A stretch of DNA of 63,851 bases, filler included, from Calcarisporiella thermophila CBS 279.70 (Eukaryota > Fungi > Calcarisporiellomycota): the NCBI RefSeq assembly GCF_041956535.1. It is 10 parts of 10 records of this genome, joined end to end, with 100 filler letters (N's around TTAATTAATTAA, not from the genome) between each part and the next. Parts side by side here need not be neighbours in the genome. Positions count along the whole stretch, not along the records: positions 45,105 to 51,527 come from NW_027192202.1; positions 51,628 to 53,838 come from NW_027192224.1; positions 53,939 to 57,222 come from NW_027192263.1; positions 57,323 to 60,486 come from NW_027192265.1; 6 more parts are not named here. The stretch is one strand, 5' to 3'. A program made the translations under genes and the position numbers. This document shows positions 46,672-60,586 of this stretch, piece by piece (within the stretch, counting starts at the first letter, position 1; the number at the start of each line of letters is the position of its first letter). The notes beneath the pieces are model-generated. The model was not told the DNA's origin. It made no database searches and saw nothing but the letters and a program-made list of their open reading frames with translations.

Positions 46672-49065
46672 TTAGAGAGCAAAATCTCTCAGCACATCGC
46701 GTGCATACCGAATCCTCCGAAGCACATCCTCACCAATGCCCCCAGCAGCAACTAGCCGCCCTTGCCTCATCCTCCGCTCCCTATCTATGTACAGGAATCT
46801 TCCGGTTGGGTGGAGCACTAACTTTGTGTGGTCGAAAAAGTTCAGCTGGAGGAAGCCGTGGCTCACCACAAATATAACGGCATGTTTGGCTCGACTCCAG
46901 GTGAGGAGATGCGGGATGGAATGCTGTGGGTTGGAGGGAGCGTGAGAGGTGGAGGGCGGTGAAGGGGTGGATTGAAGGTTTTTTGTGTAATCCTTGATGC
47001 GCTTTACAATGCTGGCCTTGTGTTCTAGCCCGTGAGGAACTTCGCGTGTTAAAAACCGGGCCCTTCCCGCCCCTCCCGCGCCACCACTTACCGATGCCCC
47101 CCATATATACTCACACCACATCTCACTGCCATCCAGAGCCATGGTCGACCCATCACGAAATTGCACGCCAATGACACCATCGGTGAGGATATATCCGAGG
47201 CCGTGCGTAAAGTCCACCCACTTGGCTACAAGAAGGAAGGGAGGCTCCACCTCTGAATGAGAGGAAGAGACGGCTAGGTGGAACGACGGCGGTTTGCCGC
47301 GAAGGAAGGCATCCATGGCGTAATACACAGGAGCATAGTGGTTTGTGGTCGAGTTAGAGGTGGGAGAGGAGGGTTTGATGGGCACTTGTCGATCAAGGGC
47401 ATCCTTTCTGTTCAGGTCCAGCAGTGGATATCGCTCGGGTACTCGAACATCTGTAATGGGAGCACAATCTTAGTACGCAAAGCCAGAGCATAATTTAGGG
47501 TTCGGTGCGTCAGACAACCAACCTGAGTTTCCGTTAGGGTCCTTTCCACTTTGCACCAACTCTTTAGCCGAGCCAGAGCCCCAGGAACCCTGGGATGCGG
47601 GCGACGACGAGGACGGAGAAGACCCGTACTTCGCATTGATCCCCTGTTTATCTCTAATCGGGATACGCATATCTTCGCGTAATCGCGGGCCTCTTGAGGG
47701 AAGGGGGGAGAAGTGGGGTTCTGAGTGCAAGGAGGAAGGTGAAATGGACACAGGTGTGAAGCCTGTGTAAAAGAAGACGTGTTTTCGGATGTCCTGTAGG
47801 GAAGGGCGGTTCTCTGGTGCGAAGGAAAAAAGTGTCAAGCGAAGTTGAATTCGAATATGGGTGTGATTCACTTACCAGGATTTACATCAAGTATTTGTGT
47901 GATAAGATTTCGAGCCTCGTTTGAGATTGGCACAGAAGCGGGAAACTCGTAGTTGACATTGCGAATATTCCTTTGACAATACAGCAAATGGTTAGAAAAG
48001 GGAGGGAGGATAAAAGAGAGTTGCCGCTGGTGATAATTACTTGTATATATGTTTGATATCTTTCGTTTGAAAGGGGGGCTTACCCACCAACATTGTGTAT
48101 AAAATGACCCCTATAGACCAGATATCCACCTCATAGCTGTGCCCGCCCTCTTTACCAAAGAGCACTTCCGGCGCAATGTAGTTTGGAGTTCCGCATATGG
48201 TTTTTTTGCGCTCCTCGTCGCTCATCAGCATCGCAGCAAGCCCAAAGTCGCCCACACGAAGGTCCATGTTCGCAGACAGAAAAAGGTTACTGAGCTTCAG
48301 GTCTCGGTGGATGACACGCTGGCGATGCATGTAGGCACAAGCGTCAAGAAGTTCCAGCATATAATAGCGGGTTTCTGGCTCTGTGAAGCGAGTCCGCTGC
48401 TTGAGCATTTGCATTAAAGTCTGGGTGAGGAAATAGGCGTTAGTGGACAGGTTGCGGACAAGAAACAGGCAGTGGAGTTACTTTATTCTCGCAGAGCTCC
48501 ATTAGAATGTAGTAATTGGCATCGTCTTCGAAGCAGTGGAGAAACTTGACGATATTCCGATGAGATAAGCTCTGGTGAATTTTGATTTCCGTAAATAACT
48601 AGTTGACAGAATCCATGTTAAATCGTCGAAATTACAAAGCGACAATGATGAAGGGCAATCGAAGAAAGAATAAACGCCCATTAGAATTGCATTTCTTACC
48701 TTGCTATGATTCTTCTGCCCGCGCAGAGTTTTCTTCCACACAACCTTCGCCGCATGAGGGTTGCCCTTTGGATCAATTACTTTATACACTCTTGCGAATC
48801 CGCCCTATGTTAAGCATGGGTTAGCCCACAGTCCATAATGACAACATCCCAAGCAATCGCATTTGGAGTGAATGATTACCTCCCCAAGCAGCTCGCAGCG
48901 GGTGTATTCGACGTCGTTCTTTTCATCCCTGATAATGGGAGGGGGAGGCGGGGGAGCTGGCGGCGGGTGGGGGCGAGGTTTGGTTCTGGCGGGCTCCATT
49001 TGAGGCTGAGGGTAGGGATGACGCAGAGCCTCCAAGCGCTGGAGCGAAGTCGGGGTGGTGAGCAT
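46672..49065 (-). CDS. Polo-like kinase (Cdc5/Plo1 family), multi-exon
   Basis: [33 protein letters not shown], polo boxes [11 protein letters not shown] and QLNFFDHTK. Confidence 0.95.
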
Positions 49066-49916
49066 TATGGCCTGTACATATATGGGGATGCTCGAGATGG
49101 GGATGGTGTGAGAGGCTGAATCGACAACAGAGAGGGGCTCGGGAGGAGAAAGCTGGGCAAGGGCAAGCAGGGGCTCGGCAAGGAAAACAACCGCGCAGCA
49201 CTATCAGATAAAGGGTGACTAGAGCGGAACACAACAGCCCCGTCGTTCGCAGCTCTGTTCCTGGAGATGACTGAGCAAGCCTGCATAAATTTTTCGAGGA
49301 TCCAAATATGGACCAAGCCTTAAATTCAGGCTCCGGCATGAGGAACCCATGTTTAGGATCCCCATCTTTTTTACGGACTTTGGGCGCGGCCGACCCGGAT
49401 TGGATACGGCCCAAATCTCCAAGGCCCTGCTGGCTAATGGCCGCCCTTCCTCCTTGCTCCCTTGTCCCGCCTGCGCCGCCCGCCCATTCGTCACTGTCCC
49501 CCAAGCTGATCGCCTCGTATTCAGTCTGACGTTTGCAATCCGAATTTCGCCAGATTCCTGGAAACCCCACTCTGCAGAACCGGCCGGCGCTAAGCCACCG
49601 CACGCTCTGCAGGAATTTTGCAGGGTGACGTTGCTCACGTCAATCAACCATAACTGTAAAATGGAATATGCACAGATCGACGCTATCAGATGCCCCTTTG
49701 GAATTTTATCTGGATAAACGTGCCATGCACAAACAGGAAAAAAAAAATGCGTTTTCAACGCGTTTTGGGTCCCTTCTGAAAAATAATGTTGACTCCATCT
49801 CATTCTTTGCTCATCCATTGCTCTTGAACGGAAAGTACGGAAACATCTATCGACTGCTGCAGTATTCGCACCCCCATATCGTTCAATTCTCAGCTATCGC
49901 ACCCACTCCCCGCGTG

Positions 49917-51006
49917 ATGCTCTCTATTCTCTTCCCTACCCTACTTGGTTGTGGTGTGCTGGTTGAATCCGTGAAAGCCTCTTATGTCCTTGCAGCGAGA
50001 GCTGTCAGCGCAGCGGAGGCACAGGCTCCCAAAGCAGCTGCATCTAATAACAACAATGGCCAGAAGGAAGCCCCCGCAGTGAACAAAGAGCAGCCGAAGG
50101 AATCTCCTCCCCCTGCGAAGGAACCGGTGGCGGTGAAGGAGGTAGCGCAGCCGCCCAAGGAATCTCCCAAAGAACATGTTGCCAAAGAGCCTCCGAAAGT
50201 TGAGCAGAAGCCAGTGGAGAAGAAAACAGATGCGAGACCGCCAGAGATGGAACCTGCCGTGCCACCCCAGGTGCAAGCGTTAAAGCCTGCTGGTAGGAAC
50301 CTACTGTTTCACCCTAATGCGGGGGGCGACACACGCCAACACTAATGTTCCCTTCTACTTCTGCCTCATAGCTGATGTCAAAGTGTCGAAACCTCCTGGG
50401 GACGCAGAAACCTCTACCAATACCATGGTTGATCCTAAAAACCCTCAAGCAGCCGTGGCCTCCTCCGTTTCATCAATGCCTTCCTCCTCGCTACTTAATC
50501 CCTCGTTTTCCTCCTCCCAATCCATCAACGCCGCCGAAGCAATGCAAGTCTCCACCACCATCTCGCCACTCCTTATTGCGGCTCTCGCGGGAATCGGAGG
50601 GGTTGCCATCCTTTCCGTCCTATTCTTTTCCTATGCTCGGTACAGACGACGGTGTGAGGTCACCACGGCTTTACTCGTCAAATCGGTGCAAGAGTTTGGA
50701 GAGCATGAGGCCGCCGAGACGAAGCCAAAAGGAGTTTACATCGTCACTGGCACTTACACACCTACATTAGGCGACGAACTTCGGGTAGAAGTGGGGGAGA
50801 GAATTGCAGTGCTGACGGAATTCGACGATGGGTGGGTGCAAGGCATTCGGATCGACAAGGACAATATGAAGGGTGTGCTACCAAGAAGATGCTTAAATAT
50901 GCCGGAGGTGAAGGTGGAGAGCCGGCAGGGTGAAACAAGGAAAACAAGGGTGCTCCCTATACACAGAGGGAGGTCCTCCAGTATAATATATAGATGCGAT
51001 GTTTGA
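49917..51006 (+). CDS. Type I membrane protein with Pro/Ser-rich ectodomain and cytosolic SH3 (Fus1-like architecture)
   Basis: Signal-like N-terminus, one TM (LLIAALAGIGGVAILSVLFF), YTPTLGDEL..FDDGWVQG..GVLP. Confidence 0.8.
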
Positions 51007-52254
51007 AAACGAGTAGATAATTAGGCTATCTTTGTATATTATGTATACCACAACTTTGGATGGAAAGCGGGATTCCAATTGGATTATATCTATATATCCA
51101 GTGAGCATATCAACTTGAATTTAATAGAGAGCATATTGAACAAGCTAGCACAGGATAAAATGTTTATTGCGATCCCGGACAAATAGCTGGGCGGAGATCT
51201 GGTGGTTTCCGAACAGATTTTAGAGGAGAAGTGGTGAGGGTATAAAATGCTGTAATCCTTGATTAGTGACGTAGCAGAGCACGAAAGTCCCAAGGGAAAT
51301 AATGAGGACAATCAGAGAAGAGCCATTAAAAATCGAATTGATTAGGCAGAATAATAGCATGAAAAATATATGAATGATCCTTTCTGAAACATTCAAATAG
51401 TATTCTTTTACATCGATTAATATCTTAATTCGATATTTTTGTGAATGAAAGCGATTTCCTCGCATTCACTGATATTCCACCATTTCTTATTCGAAAAGAT
51501 AAAAAAATCGGGCCCAGAGGTCGATTANNNNNNNNNNNNNNNNNNNNNNNNNNNNNNNNNNNNNNNNNNNNTTAATTAATTAANNNNNNNNNNNNNNNNN
51601 NNNNNNNNNNNNNNNNNNNNNNNNNNNCGTGAATTGAAGACAAAAAAGAAACTATTTCATCTACTATATTAATTCTTTTTCAATAGAATTTTTTGATAAC
51701 ATTATATATCATATCCGTTGAACCTAAATTATATAATGTAGATATTTATCTATTTAAAATGACTCCTCCGTGTTTTATTTTTTTGACGAATTACCATTTT
51801 GTTGAAATAATATGGTGGAGTATATTTCAATATTTTTATTTTAAAAATCTTCTCCAGACCTTAAACATCACCACATTTGTCTAGCTGTCAATATGTTAAT
51901 GTGAAATCAAAAGAGAGAAGAGTCTTCATTTTTTAAATTATTAATCCTTGATCATATCGATTACCGCAATTGAATATAATTAATAATACTCTTCAAGTTC
52001 TTGTATCAATTATTATTTTTTTTTTTGGGAAAAATATTTTCAATATATAGAAAAATTGAATTTCAAGACTTTATCACAAAGCATTCAAAGCAACAAAGTT
52101 GTCTCCCACCGCCACACTTGCGCCAATGGATTGCCCCGGAGACATAAAAATTTCCGATTAGGGAAATTTTTTTTGAGGTGATTTACGACAAAAATTCGAA
52201 AGACCTTTCTTTCTGTTGCTTTTCATAAAGCTAAACTTATTTTCTTGAAAAAAT

Positions 52255-53838
52255 ATGTCTGGTAATATTGATGAAGGTGCACTTTCTTTAAGTCTACGAC
52301 GATCTTTCAGTCATCCTGTTCGGTCGGAAAGTTTCGAGTCAAAACATGAAAATGAATCAATATCGACTATTGTTGACGAAAAAGCTGTCTCCCCTGAGCT
52401 CTCACCGAAAGAGAAAGAAATCGTTGAAAAGCAGATCTATATAGCTGAGCGCAAGATAAGCGCTCCCGATCTCTTTCGCTATGCCTCGAAATTCGACATC
52501 TTGCTTATGATCGTGGGGTTAATTGCCGCTGGGGCCGTGGGTGCCGCTACTCCTCTCATGACGTATGTAGAGTTAGCTTGTGAAGGCCGATAGAATGACT
52601 ATAATATTTATTTTCATCTTCCCTGTAGTATCATGTTTTCAGGCTTAGTGGACACGTTTACCAATTTCATGAAAGGGACAATCTCTCCAAGTGAAGTAGC
52701 CGATGCAATCAACTCCAATGTACTATATATTATTTATATTGCCATTGCAACTTTTGTCTGCGGAGTGAGTATTGGACAATGTTAATTATCATGAGCGGAC
52801 TACCCTTAACTATGGAATAATTCTTTCTTAGTACATATACACCGCCACGTGGAGTTATACAGGAGAGCGACTGACTCGTGTCGTACGTGAGAAATATCTA
52901 GCCGCTATTTTGCGTCAGAACATCGGGTATTTCGACAAAGTCGGCACAGGCGAGGTCACAAGCCGAATCACCAACGACACCCATAAGATGCAGGATGGAA
53001 TCAGCGAGAAAATCCCAATTGCATTCAAGGTAAGCTCATATGTTCCCTGCATCATCACGTGTCCCTTCTTCTATTTGGCGACTCAACCAATATATGCGAA
53101 CAGGACGTTTGTGCATTCATAGTTGCCTACGTGATTGCGTTCACTGCCAGCTGGAAGCTAACACTAGTATGTTTATGTATACTGCCGCTCATTCTGTTCT
53201 CAGTATGGCTCTTCGTAAGGTAAATTTCAAAAATTATCAGCGTTTTTCAATGAATCTTCCCCATCTCTTGTTCAACCGATAGATTTGTTGCCGGGTACGA
53301 AGCAGTCCAGCTTGATATCTATGGTCAAGCTTCCACAATTGCTGACGAAGCCATTTCAGCCATCCGGACCGTACAAGCCTTTGGTGCACAGAGAAAGCTC
53401 GAATCACTATACAATAAGAAAGTTGAGGATGCAAAAAAGAAAGGATATCTCAAATGGGGTTTCTTGGCATTAGCAGCCTCGCTTATTTCATTTTGGATCT
53501 ACCTTGCCTATTCTTTGGCATTCTACTATGGAACAACTATGCTCCTTAACGGCGAGCTGACATCTGGAACTATCATCCGTGTCTTTTTCCCTATTCTTAT
53601 TGGATCCTTCTCAGTTGGTAAGTCTATTGTATTTTTCTCTGGCTACCCAAAGCATGCCTGACCAAGCCAATCTTCCTCTAGCCAATATCTCTCCGTCACT
53701 CCAGGCGTTCTCGCTTGCGCTTGCATCTGGTAGCAAGATATACGAAGCCATCGATCGAAAGTCTCCCATCGATAGCTCCTCTACCGAAGGATCGAAACCT
53801 GAGAATGTGAAGGGATTCATTCAAGTGAGCGATGTCGA
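52255..53838 (+). CDS. ABCB/MDR1-type ABC transporter, 5' part
   Basis: LFRYASKFD, ILRQNIGYFD, GEVTSRITND, QDGISEKI, AIRTVQAFG, IYEAIDRKSPID. Confidence 0.93.
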
Positions 53839-54293
53839 NNNNNNNNNNNNNNNNNNNNNNNNNNNNNNNNNNNNNNNNNNNNTTAATTAATTAANNNNNN
53901 NNNNNNNNNNNNNNNNNNNNNNNNNNNNNNNNNNNNNNCGTGAGCGCTCTCCCCGGCGGGATCGCCATCACCTGCGAGCAGCAGCAGATCCTGGGTCAGA
54001 AACAGGAGTTAAGGGACAGCGGGGAAAGCCTCAAGTCGCCGCTAAAGATCCACAACCTCTTGAACTGAGGGGATCCTGCTCCTGGCATCTTATGTAAATA
54101 AATATAATCTCGTGTAGCTAATGTATTTCTTCCTATTCAGATACTTGCGTCAGCTCTTTTTTTTTATTTTGTTTCTTCTTTTTTACATGTCTTTGTTGTA
54201 ATGTCAAGTCGAAAATAAAATCCACAGCCATATTGCACCAGCTAGTATTATAGAGCATATTCATAGACATGTGTCGGATAGATTGCGGAGATA

Positions 54294-55568
54294 TTATTCC
54301 TTCTTTTCGCCGTCACCCTTTTCCTCCACTTCCTCCTCCTTGTCGATCGAATCCTCAAGTTCGTCACTGAAGTCATCGTCTGTGCTATCTGCTCCACCGA
54401 AATCCCTCTTGCGACTGACGCGGTGCGTTACCGCGGCCCCTATTAGAAACAGGACTATCACACTGATTTGCTCGGCATACATCCGCCAACCAGGCCTGTA
54501 TTCCACCGCGTGGAGCACGTTGCGGTCAACCAGATCGATCACGGCTCTCTGCATCCCCGCGTTGGTGAAATAATCGACTCCAAGCATGACGCACATGGCC
54601 CCCATGAATGCGAGCGAGAGAATAACCGCATGGCCCTGCATTGAACCAGCGAGGAACACCCCGACTACGACAAAGAAGGCCAGCACAAAATAGCGGGCCA
54701 TCTCCTATTGTAGGATAGAAATTCGAAAGATATTTGTCAGTATCGCTCCCATGGGGGCAGGAAAAGAGTGGCCGATGAACTTTGCCGCTCACTTACATTG
54801 TAGATGACGTGATGCTCGTTCCAGCTTAGAAGGTGCACCCCCATGGACATCCCGCCGGCCCCCCCTGCGACGTAAGGGCCCATGCGACCAAGAAAGACGC
54901 CTCCCCCGGCACCCAGCATGCCAGCCGCCAACGGTACAGCCGTGTAGACCACATGTCTATTTTCGTATCCCCACGGCGGCTCAGCATTAGCCAAGGCGAT
55001 GTAGGATAAAGTGGTGGCAAGCATGAGGGTGATGAGGGAATAGGTGAGACGGAGGAAGTAGGTGGCGGCAAAGAGAAGATAGAGGCCGATGAGGATGAGG
55101 AGCGAGCCGACTGTCGCGCGGGTTGGCGTGATGGGGGGATTTTCTATTGATGCGTCACGCAGAGTTTTTAGTTTAAACTATAGTTGCAAGGTCAGCCATA
55201 TATCTGTTACCGAAGTTATCCAATTCGGGTCCCTCCTGGCGTACCGTTTGTAGTCGGTTTTGCTTCTTTTCGCTTAATAACGGATCTTGCTGGTTCGTTT
55301 CCTCTTGAGATTCCGTGTCTCCCATCTCGGATAAATGGGGGCTTCTCGTCTGATCCCCCACACAGCAGCGTGGATAGCACTCCATGGACCAGCTGTGAGG
55401 GGAGCAGTCGCAAACCCTGCAGCTTTCAAAGCAGGTTTCATCGTCGCAGCTTTGAAAGCCCCTTGGGACTTTCAGATTTAGCAAGCTAGAACTTGTTGAG
55501 GTAAGCGGCCGGGCGAGTACAGCTATGGAGAGGAAAAGGGGGAGGAGTACAATAGAGGGCAAATACAT
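54294..55568 (-). CDS. Multi-TM protein with signal peptide (DUF4203/TM7S3-like), multi-exon
   Basis: Signal peptide, Gly-rich TM segments, AFMGAMCVMLGVDYFTNAG. Confidence 0.65.
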
Positions 55569-56100
55569 GTCAATAGTATTGATACATTCGCACGCGAGTG
55601 TCTATGACGACGCCGATGGGGAAAGGGGAAGGGGGCGGGGGGATAGGGCTTTCTTCAAGAAGATTTATTGCGCAACGATCGATGTCTGTGGGCCTCCTCC
55701 ATTTGAGCCGGTCGATTTCGCAAAGAAACTGAGGCTCATTGCTATTTTGCCACCATGGCCGCAGAATGGACATGTGATTCGATCCTCCGCGACTGCGGAC
55801 GGGGGTGACTGCTGGTTCCCAGCTAGAAATTGCATGGCAGCGGCGGGCATGAACACTGCAAGGGTGCTAAGAAAACCAACGAAGACACGGCGACAGATAT
55901 GGAAGCCATCTCAAATTGCGGATATTCAAGGACTCTTTCCATCAAACATATTGAACCAATGGGGCGTGGGTTACTATTTTAAGATAGAAAATCGCTCATA
56001 TTTTCCTGGTCATGTTCCCCCTCCTTGTTTTGCTCTTGCCTTCTGCATTCACCTCCACTCCTCTCCCCGCCATCCCATCCACCTCGCTCTGCATCCTCTC

Positions 56101-56568
56101 ATGGCACTGTCTTTAATTTCTCGTCACATCATTCCTAAGCACCCCTGCGTGAGATGCGCGAGCGTGCTGCACAGCGTCGATCCAGAGAGCGTTGCATCCC
56201 CCTTTCAGGAGCTGCTGCGGCAACGAGTGCATCAGCCCCCTCCCTCGCCCGCTACATCCACGGCCACCCCCGCCCCCTCTTCGATCAATGCAGCTTCTGC
56301 ATCCCTCCCACCCTCGCCACCGTCGCCACAGCCGGTCGCCTCCCAGCCCTCCCCCCCCACTCTGCATAAGGCGAAGCTCACGCTGACGGAACTGACAAGG
56401 GTGTTAGAGACCTCCAAAGAGCTTGTTGCCTTCTTGAGAAAGCAGGTCGAGTCGTCCCAGCATGATGCTGGAGGCAAAGAAATGACCCGGCATGAGATCG
56501 AAGAGATGCTCAAGCGGTGTAGGGAGGACATTGTCCGCGAGCTTGTGAAGGAGTTGAGAAAGAAATAA
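56101..56568 (+). CDS. Hypothetical Pro-rich/coiled-coil protein, possibly mitochondrial
   Basis: ATG at 56101 after a pyrimidine-rich leader; helical C-terminus; 3' UTR-like sequence follows. Confidence 0.55.
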   Translation: MALSLISRHIIPKHPCVRCASVLHSVDPESVASPFQELLRQRVHQPPPSPATSTATPAPSSINAASASLPPSPPSPQPVASQPSPPTLHKAKLTLTELTRVLETSKELVAFLRKQVESSQHDAGGKEMTRHEIEEMLKRCREDIVRELVKELRKK

Positions 56569-57070
56569 TTTATCTATTTCCCCGCTCTTGTAATTTCTAT
56601 TTACTCTTTTTTTTTCCTCTCCCCTCTCTCACCCTCTCTCTTTCTCTCTCTGTCATTTGATCTTCTCTTTGTTTTAATTGCGTGTTTGTAATTTATCTTC
56701 CCATTTCCTTTATATCTTTCGGCCATTCTCATTGTCGATGATCATGCTACGGAGGATGGCCATGATTGAATGAATCAGGGGGTATAATAGAGGCAGTCTT
56801 TTTTCCATTTCTAGGTAGAGCCAGCCTGCCGCTGACGGCAGTGTACTTCCTATACCCCTCCTTTCTACTTCAGCTTGGTCCACCCCACCTGCTCCTTTAA
56901 TTTTCTCTACTCATTGTTTGTCCACAATATGTCCTTTGGTCCATACACCGAATAAACCATCTTTAGAAAAAACATTATGTTATATGTGCAAGGACGACTA
57001 AATAGCAATGCTATGTACATAAAATCAAGGTCACAGATCCATAAATAAATAACGAGCCACTCCCGAGATA

Positions 57071-57222
57071 TCACAGTGCAAACCCACTCGAGCCCTCGCC
57101 TAGGAACCGGTCGCCGTTGGACTCTGCTCGGGTGCGCTTGCTCCTTCTCATCTCCTCCTCTTCTTCCCGTCCTTCCTCCTCCTCCTCCTCCTCCATCTCC
57201 ATCGCGTCAGCTTCTCCGGCTT
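57071..57222 (-). CDS. 3' end of a gene with poly-Glu tract (cut by contig end)
   Basis: Open frame ...MEMEEEEEEEGREEEEEMRRSKRTR...FAL-stop. Confidence 0.4.
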
Positions 57223-57676
57223 NNNNNNNNNNNNNNNNNNNNNNNNNNNNNNNNNNNNNNNNNNNNTTAATTAATTAANNNNNNNNNNNNNNNNNNNNNN
57301 NNNNNNNNNNNNNNNNNNNNNNAATCTATGCCAAAATTGTAGGGTACAATGTAAAAATCTATAGAATTGCGGTAAAAATTGACCGGTGGGTATAAGAAAA
57401 TTGGTAGGTCACCATATAGAAAAGTCACGTGACTTTACCCTTTTGGCTTGGAAATTAGGTATTTGGCCTGGAAGGAACTCGTCAATTTTTGCTTGGCCGT
57501 GACGTCCGGCCGAAATAAAATTAAACCAAGAATTTAACTTATAAACAATTAAATAAACAAAGGATTTATCTTTAAAAATTGGTATTTTTGTAATAAAAAG
57601 CATTAGAGTAAACATAAAAAACATACTAATAAATGTATTATATTATCCTATACGCTATAAAATTTAATTTATAGGG

Positions 57677-58300
57677 TTATTCATCAGAAGGAAGAATGGT
57701 AAAGTGCTCCTTGTCGAAGATATTAGTCTGCCGCCCCTTTTGAATCCACCCAACATATCTATCCAGTATTCTCACTTCAACAAACTCCCTTGAGCCATCA
57801 TATATATCATATATTTCACTCTTATATTTACCTGTCCAATGCACATATACTAACTTTCGATTTCTTCCCTGATACATAAGATGAAAGTAAAATCGAGTTT
57901 ACAAAGTCAATATTTTGGTTAAATTCAAAATTCATAAATTTTCAATGAAATAAAGTGCTGCGTATGCTCACTTCAACTTCTGCGTAAAATTCTTTTTACT
58001 CCAACTCTTCGGTCCTTCTATAATACTTAGTATTTCGGTGAATAAGCATTATAGCCTAGAAAATAATACAATACACTAGATAATGTAAATATTTTAATAA
58101 GATATATTCTTTTTAATTACTTGGGTACAACCTATTCAAGCGATTGTGTAGATAATAAACTTACAGCAGCTGCATAGTTAATGCATCTGAAATCATCGAA
58201 ATACATATATGTATTTATGACATTTCATCGAGCCCAGGATATATCCATCCTTTGTTCGGAGTCGGCCCTACTGAAGTCTGTTCTTAGAACATCTAATTTA
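57677..58300 (-). pseudogene. Probable CACTA/EnSpm-type transposase C-terminal relic
   Basis: GRLRTKDGYILGS and LVYVHWT..EFVEVRILDRYVGWI..IFDKE resemble, from memory, EnSpm-like transposases of early-diverging fungi; many stops. Confidence 0.45.
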
Positions 58301-60586
58301 AAGCTATCCGATTTATCCACTCTCCTGCCTTGGAATCCTTGTTGTATTTGTAGATATCCCGGGGTGGCCTTCCAAAATCCACTGGAATATATTTTTTCGA
58401 CATTCTTTTATAGCGGCAACGATTTTTCCTAAGATGAATTAGGAAGGATGTGATCACGATTTATCTCAGCTCTCTCAAGGAACAGATAACCATCAGTCTA
58501 GTGAGCATAGATGAGAAATACTATTATATACAAACTATCGTGCTTCCACCATATGGTTCTGGATACATGACGCTGAGCTTGACATTTCGAGCAGAGACAA
58601 ATATACACATCTTGGAGAACTCATCAACTGTTTGCAGTTATTTACCAAATTGCAAAATTTTGAGAAGGATTATAAAAAAATCTTATACCGTGTATTAAAG
58701 AGGAAAGAATAAGTTTTCGAGAGGTATCAATTGGGTGTCTATAAGTGCGATAAGAGCAAGGAAAGACAAGAAAATTATTGTGAACTTAGATTCTTTTTAC
58801 AATAACTTAGGTCACTTCCCACCCTTCTTTAATGAGAAGTTTTAAAAATACTTTGAGTAAAAGGGCATTTGACCCTATTGTGACTGCAATTTCAGACTTA
58901 GTTGTACATTCTTAATTTATAGCGATTTTGAGCGATTTTTCAACAACCCCAACCCCAACAAAGATGTGTTTTTCTTCTCGTTCTTTCTCTTATGTACTTT
59001 CGGGATCAATTCCAAATGAGTAAAAACCATTTTCGTCCAAACAACAAATGGCTCTAAATTGTCCAAATTTCAATAACTTGGAGAATTTTCGCTTGAAAAT
59101 TTCTCACCTGATGCACTTGAGTTGATCGTAATTGCATTAAAAGGAGTAGAGAAATGCCGAGGAGGGGAGACAGTTATCATGCCGTTCATAGTGACTCTAG
59201 CAGAAACCACAGAATTTCATCTCCAGCTATACGTCCGGGAGACTATTTGGATCGGAGTAATGTAGCATACAGCTTTTCAGAGATTAAATGTCGAGATATA
59301 AGTCTGGAGAAGAAGTATAATATAGGTAAGTATAATAAGAAGTCAAACATTGTGTAGGTAAAATTTCCCACATATTTACGGCTGCATCTATAACCTAATT
59401 TCAGTTTCAGTATTTTGCTCTATGTAGGCTTAACTATTTGCAAATACTGTTTATTAATCTTTAGCATCTTTTATGGAATGATGAAAATGGAGAGCGTAGT
59501 ATTGCTAAACTAGGGTGAGCAGTTAAAAGAGCTTATGTAAATGTTGCTGCGTTTTGAAGATTGATCCAATATACCGCGTAAGTTTTAATAGAATGGCCAC
59601 TTGATAAATGGGAACTAAATAACTTGATGTTTTACAGACTATCTTGCTTTATCTATCTTGGGAAGTGTAATGACCGAGTGTGGAATCGATCTAATCAGTC
59701 TTATAGTTCTCAAGAGAGACCTAAAATTATGAGTGCAGTGTGGAAAGTACATATTCTAATGCCCTCTAATAAATGATTAATTAATTTTATCAAGACTAAC
59801 ATAATATATACTTTTTAAATTGCTTTAGTTTAAAAGAGCACAGCCAAGGTTTCCTCCTACTCAAAGGACTGGGCAATACACGAGTGGATTAAGGAACTGA
59901 TCCATAATAGACGTAGGTGTTACGCTTGTTTTTACTTACATCTATACCTATAAAATATTGATCATTATGCTTAATTTTCAAATGTCATATTTGACGACTT
60001 AGGCGCATATCAAGTAGAAAAGTCAAGAGATAAAATATTACAAGAACGGCAAAGATATTTGATGAACCCGAAAGCTTATCATTAAATTCAATAGGTGAGC
60101 GATGCCCAATATGAAGATTCTGAATTAGGGTTCGAAACCTCAGAAAAAGTTAGTGTACAATATTAGCATAGTGCGGTATAGCTACAATATTATATGAAAA
60201 ATAATATCCAATTCTTTCATAAGACCTTCTTCTAATCTTTCTTATTTTCATTTCTAGATGAGCCGCTGATAAAACGACGAAAGGGATTAAATGATATTAG
60301 TGTATTTCAAGGTCAGGACACAACAGATACAAATGGGGAGCGCCCTCCGATGAATGCCCAGCAATTAAGCAGAGTAGGAAGAGAGCCAAGAGGAATAATA
60401 CTGAGAATGTAAATTAACTCAAAGCGAAGAAAGGGATATGAAGTGCAGGCCCAATGGATATTTGACAAGAGCAGCCAAAAAATGAGNNNNNNNNNNNNNN
60501 NNNNNNNNNNNNNNNNNNNNNNNNNNNNNNTTAATTAATTAANNNNNNNNNNNNNNNNNNNNNNNNNNNNNNNNNNNNNNNNNNNN

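Noticed and set aside
48923-49818. Long overlapping ORFs between polo kinase and the SH3 gene
   Set aside because: GC-rich divergent promoter/UTR; no motifs.
55525-56100. N-terminal extension of ORF 55525-56568
   Set aside because: Overlaps the divergent promoter and reads as non-coding; ATG 56101 is the more plausible start.
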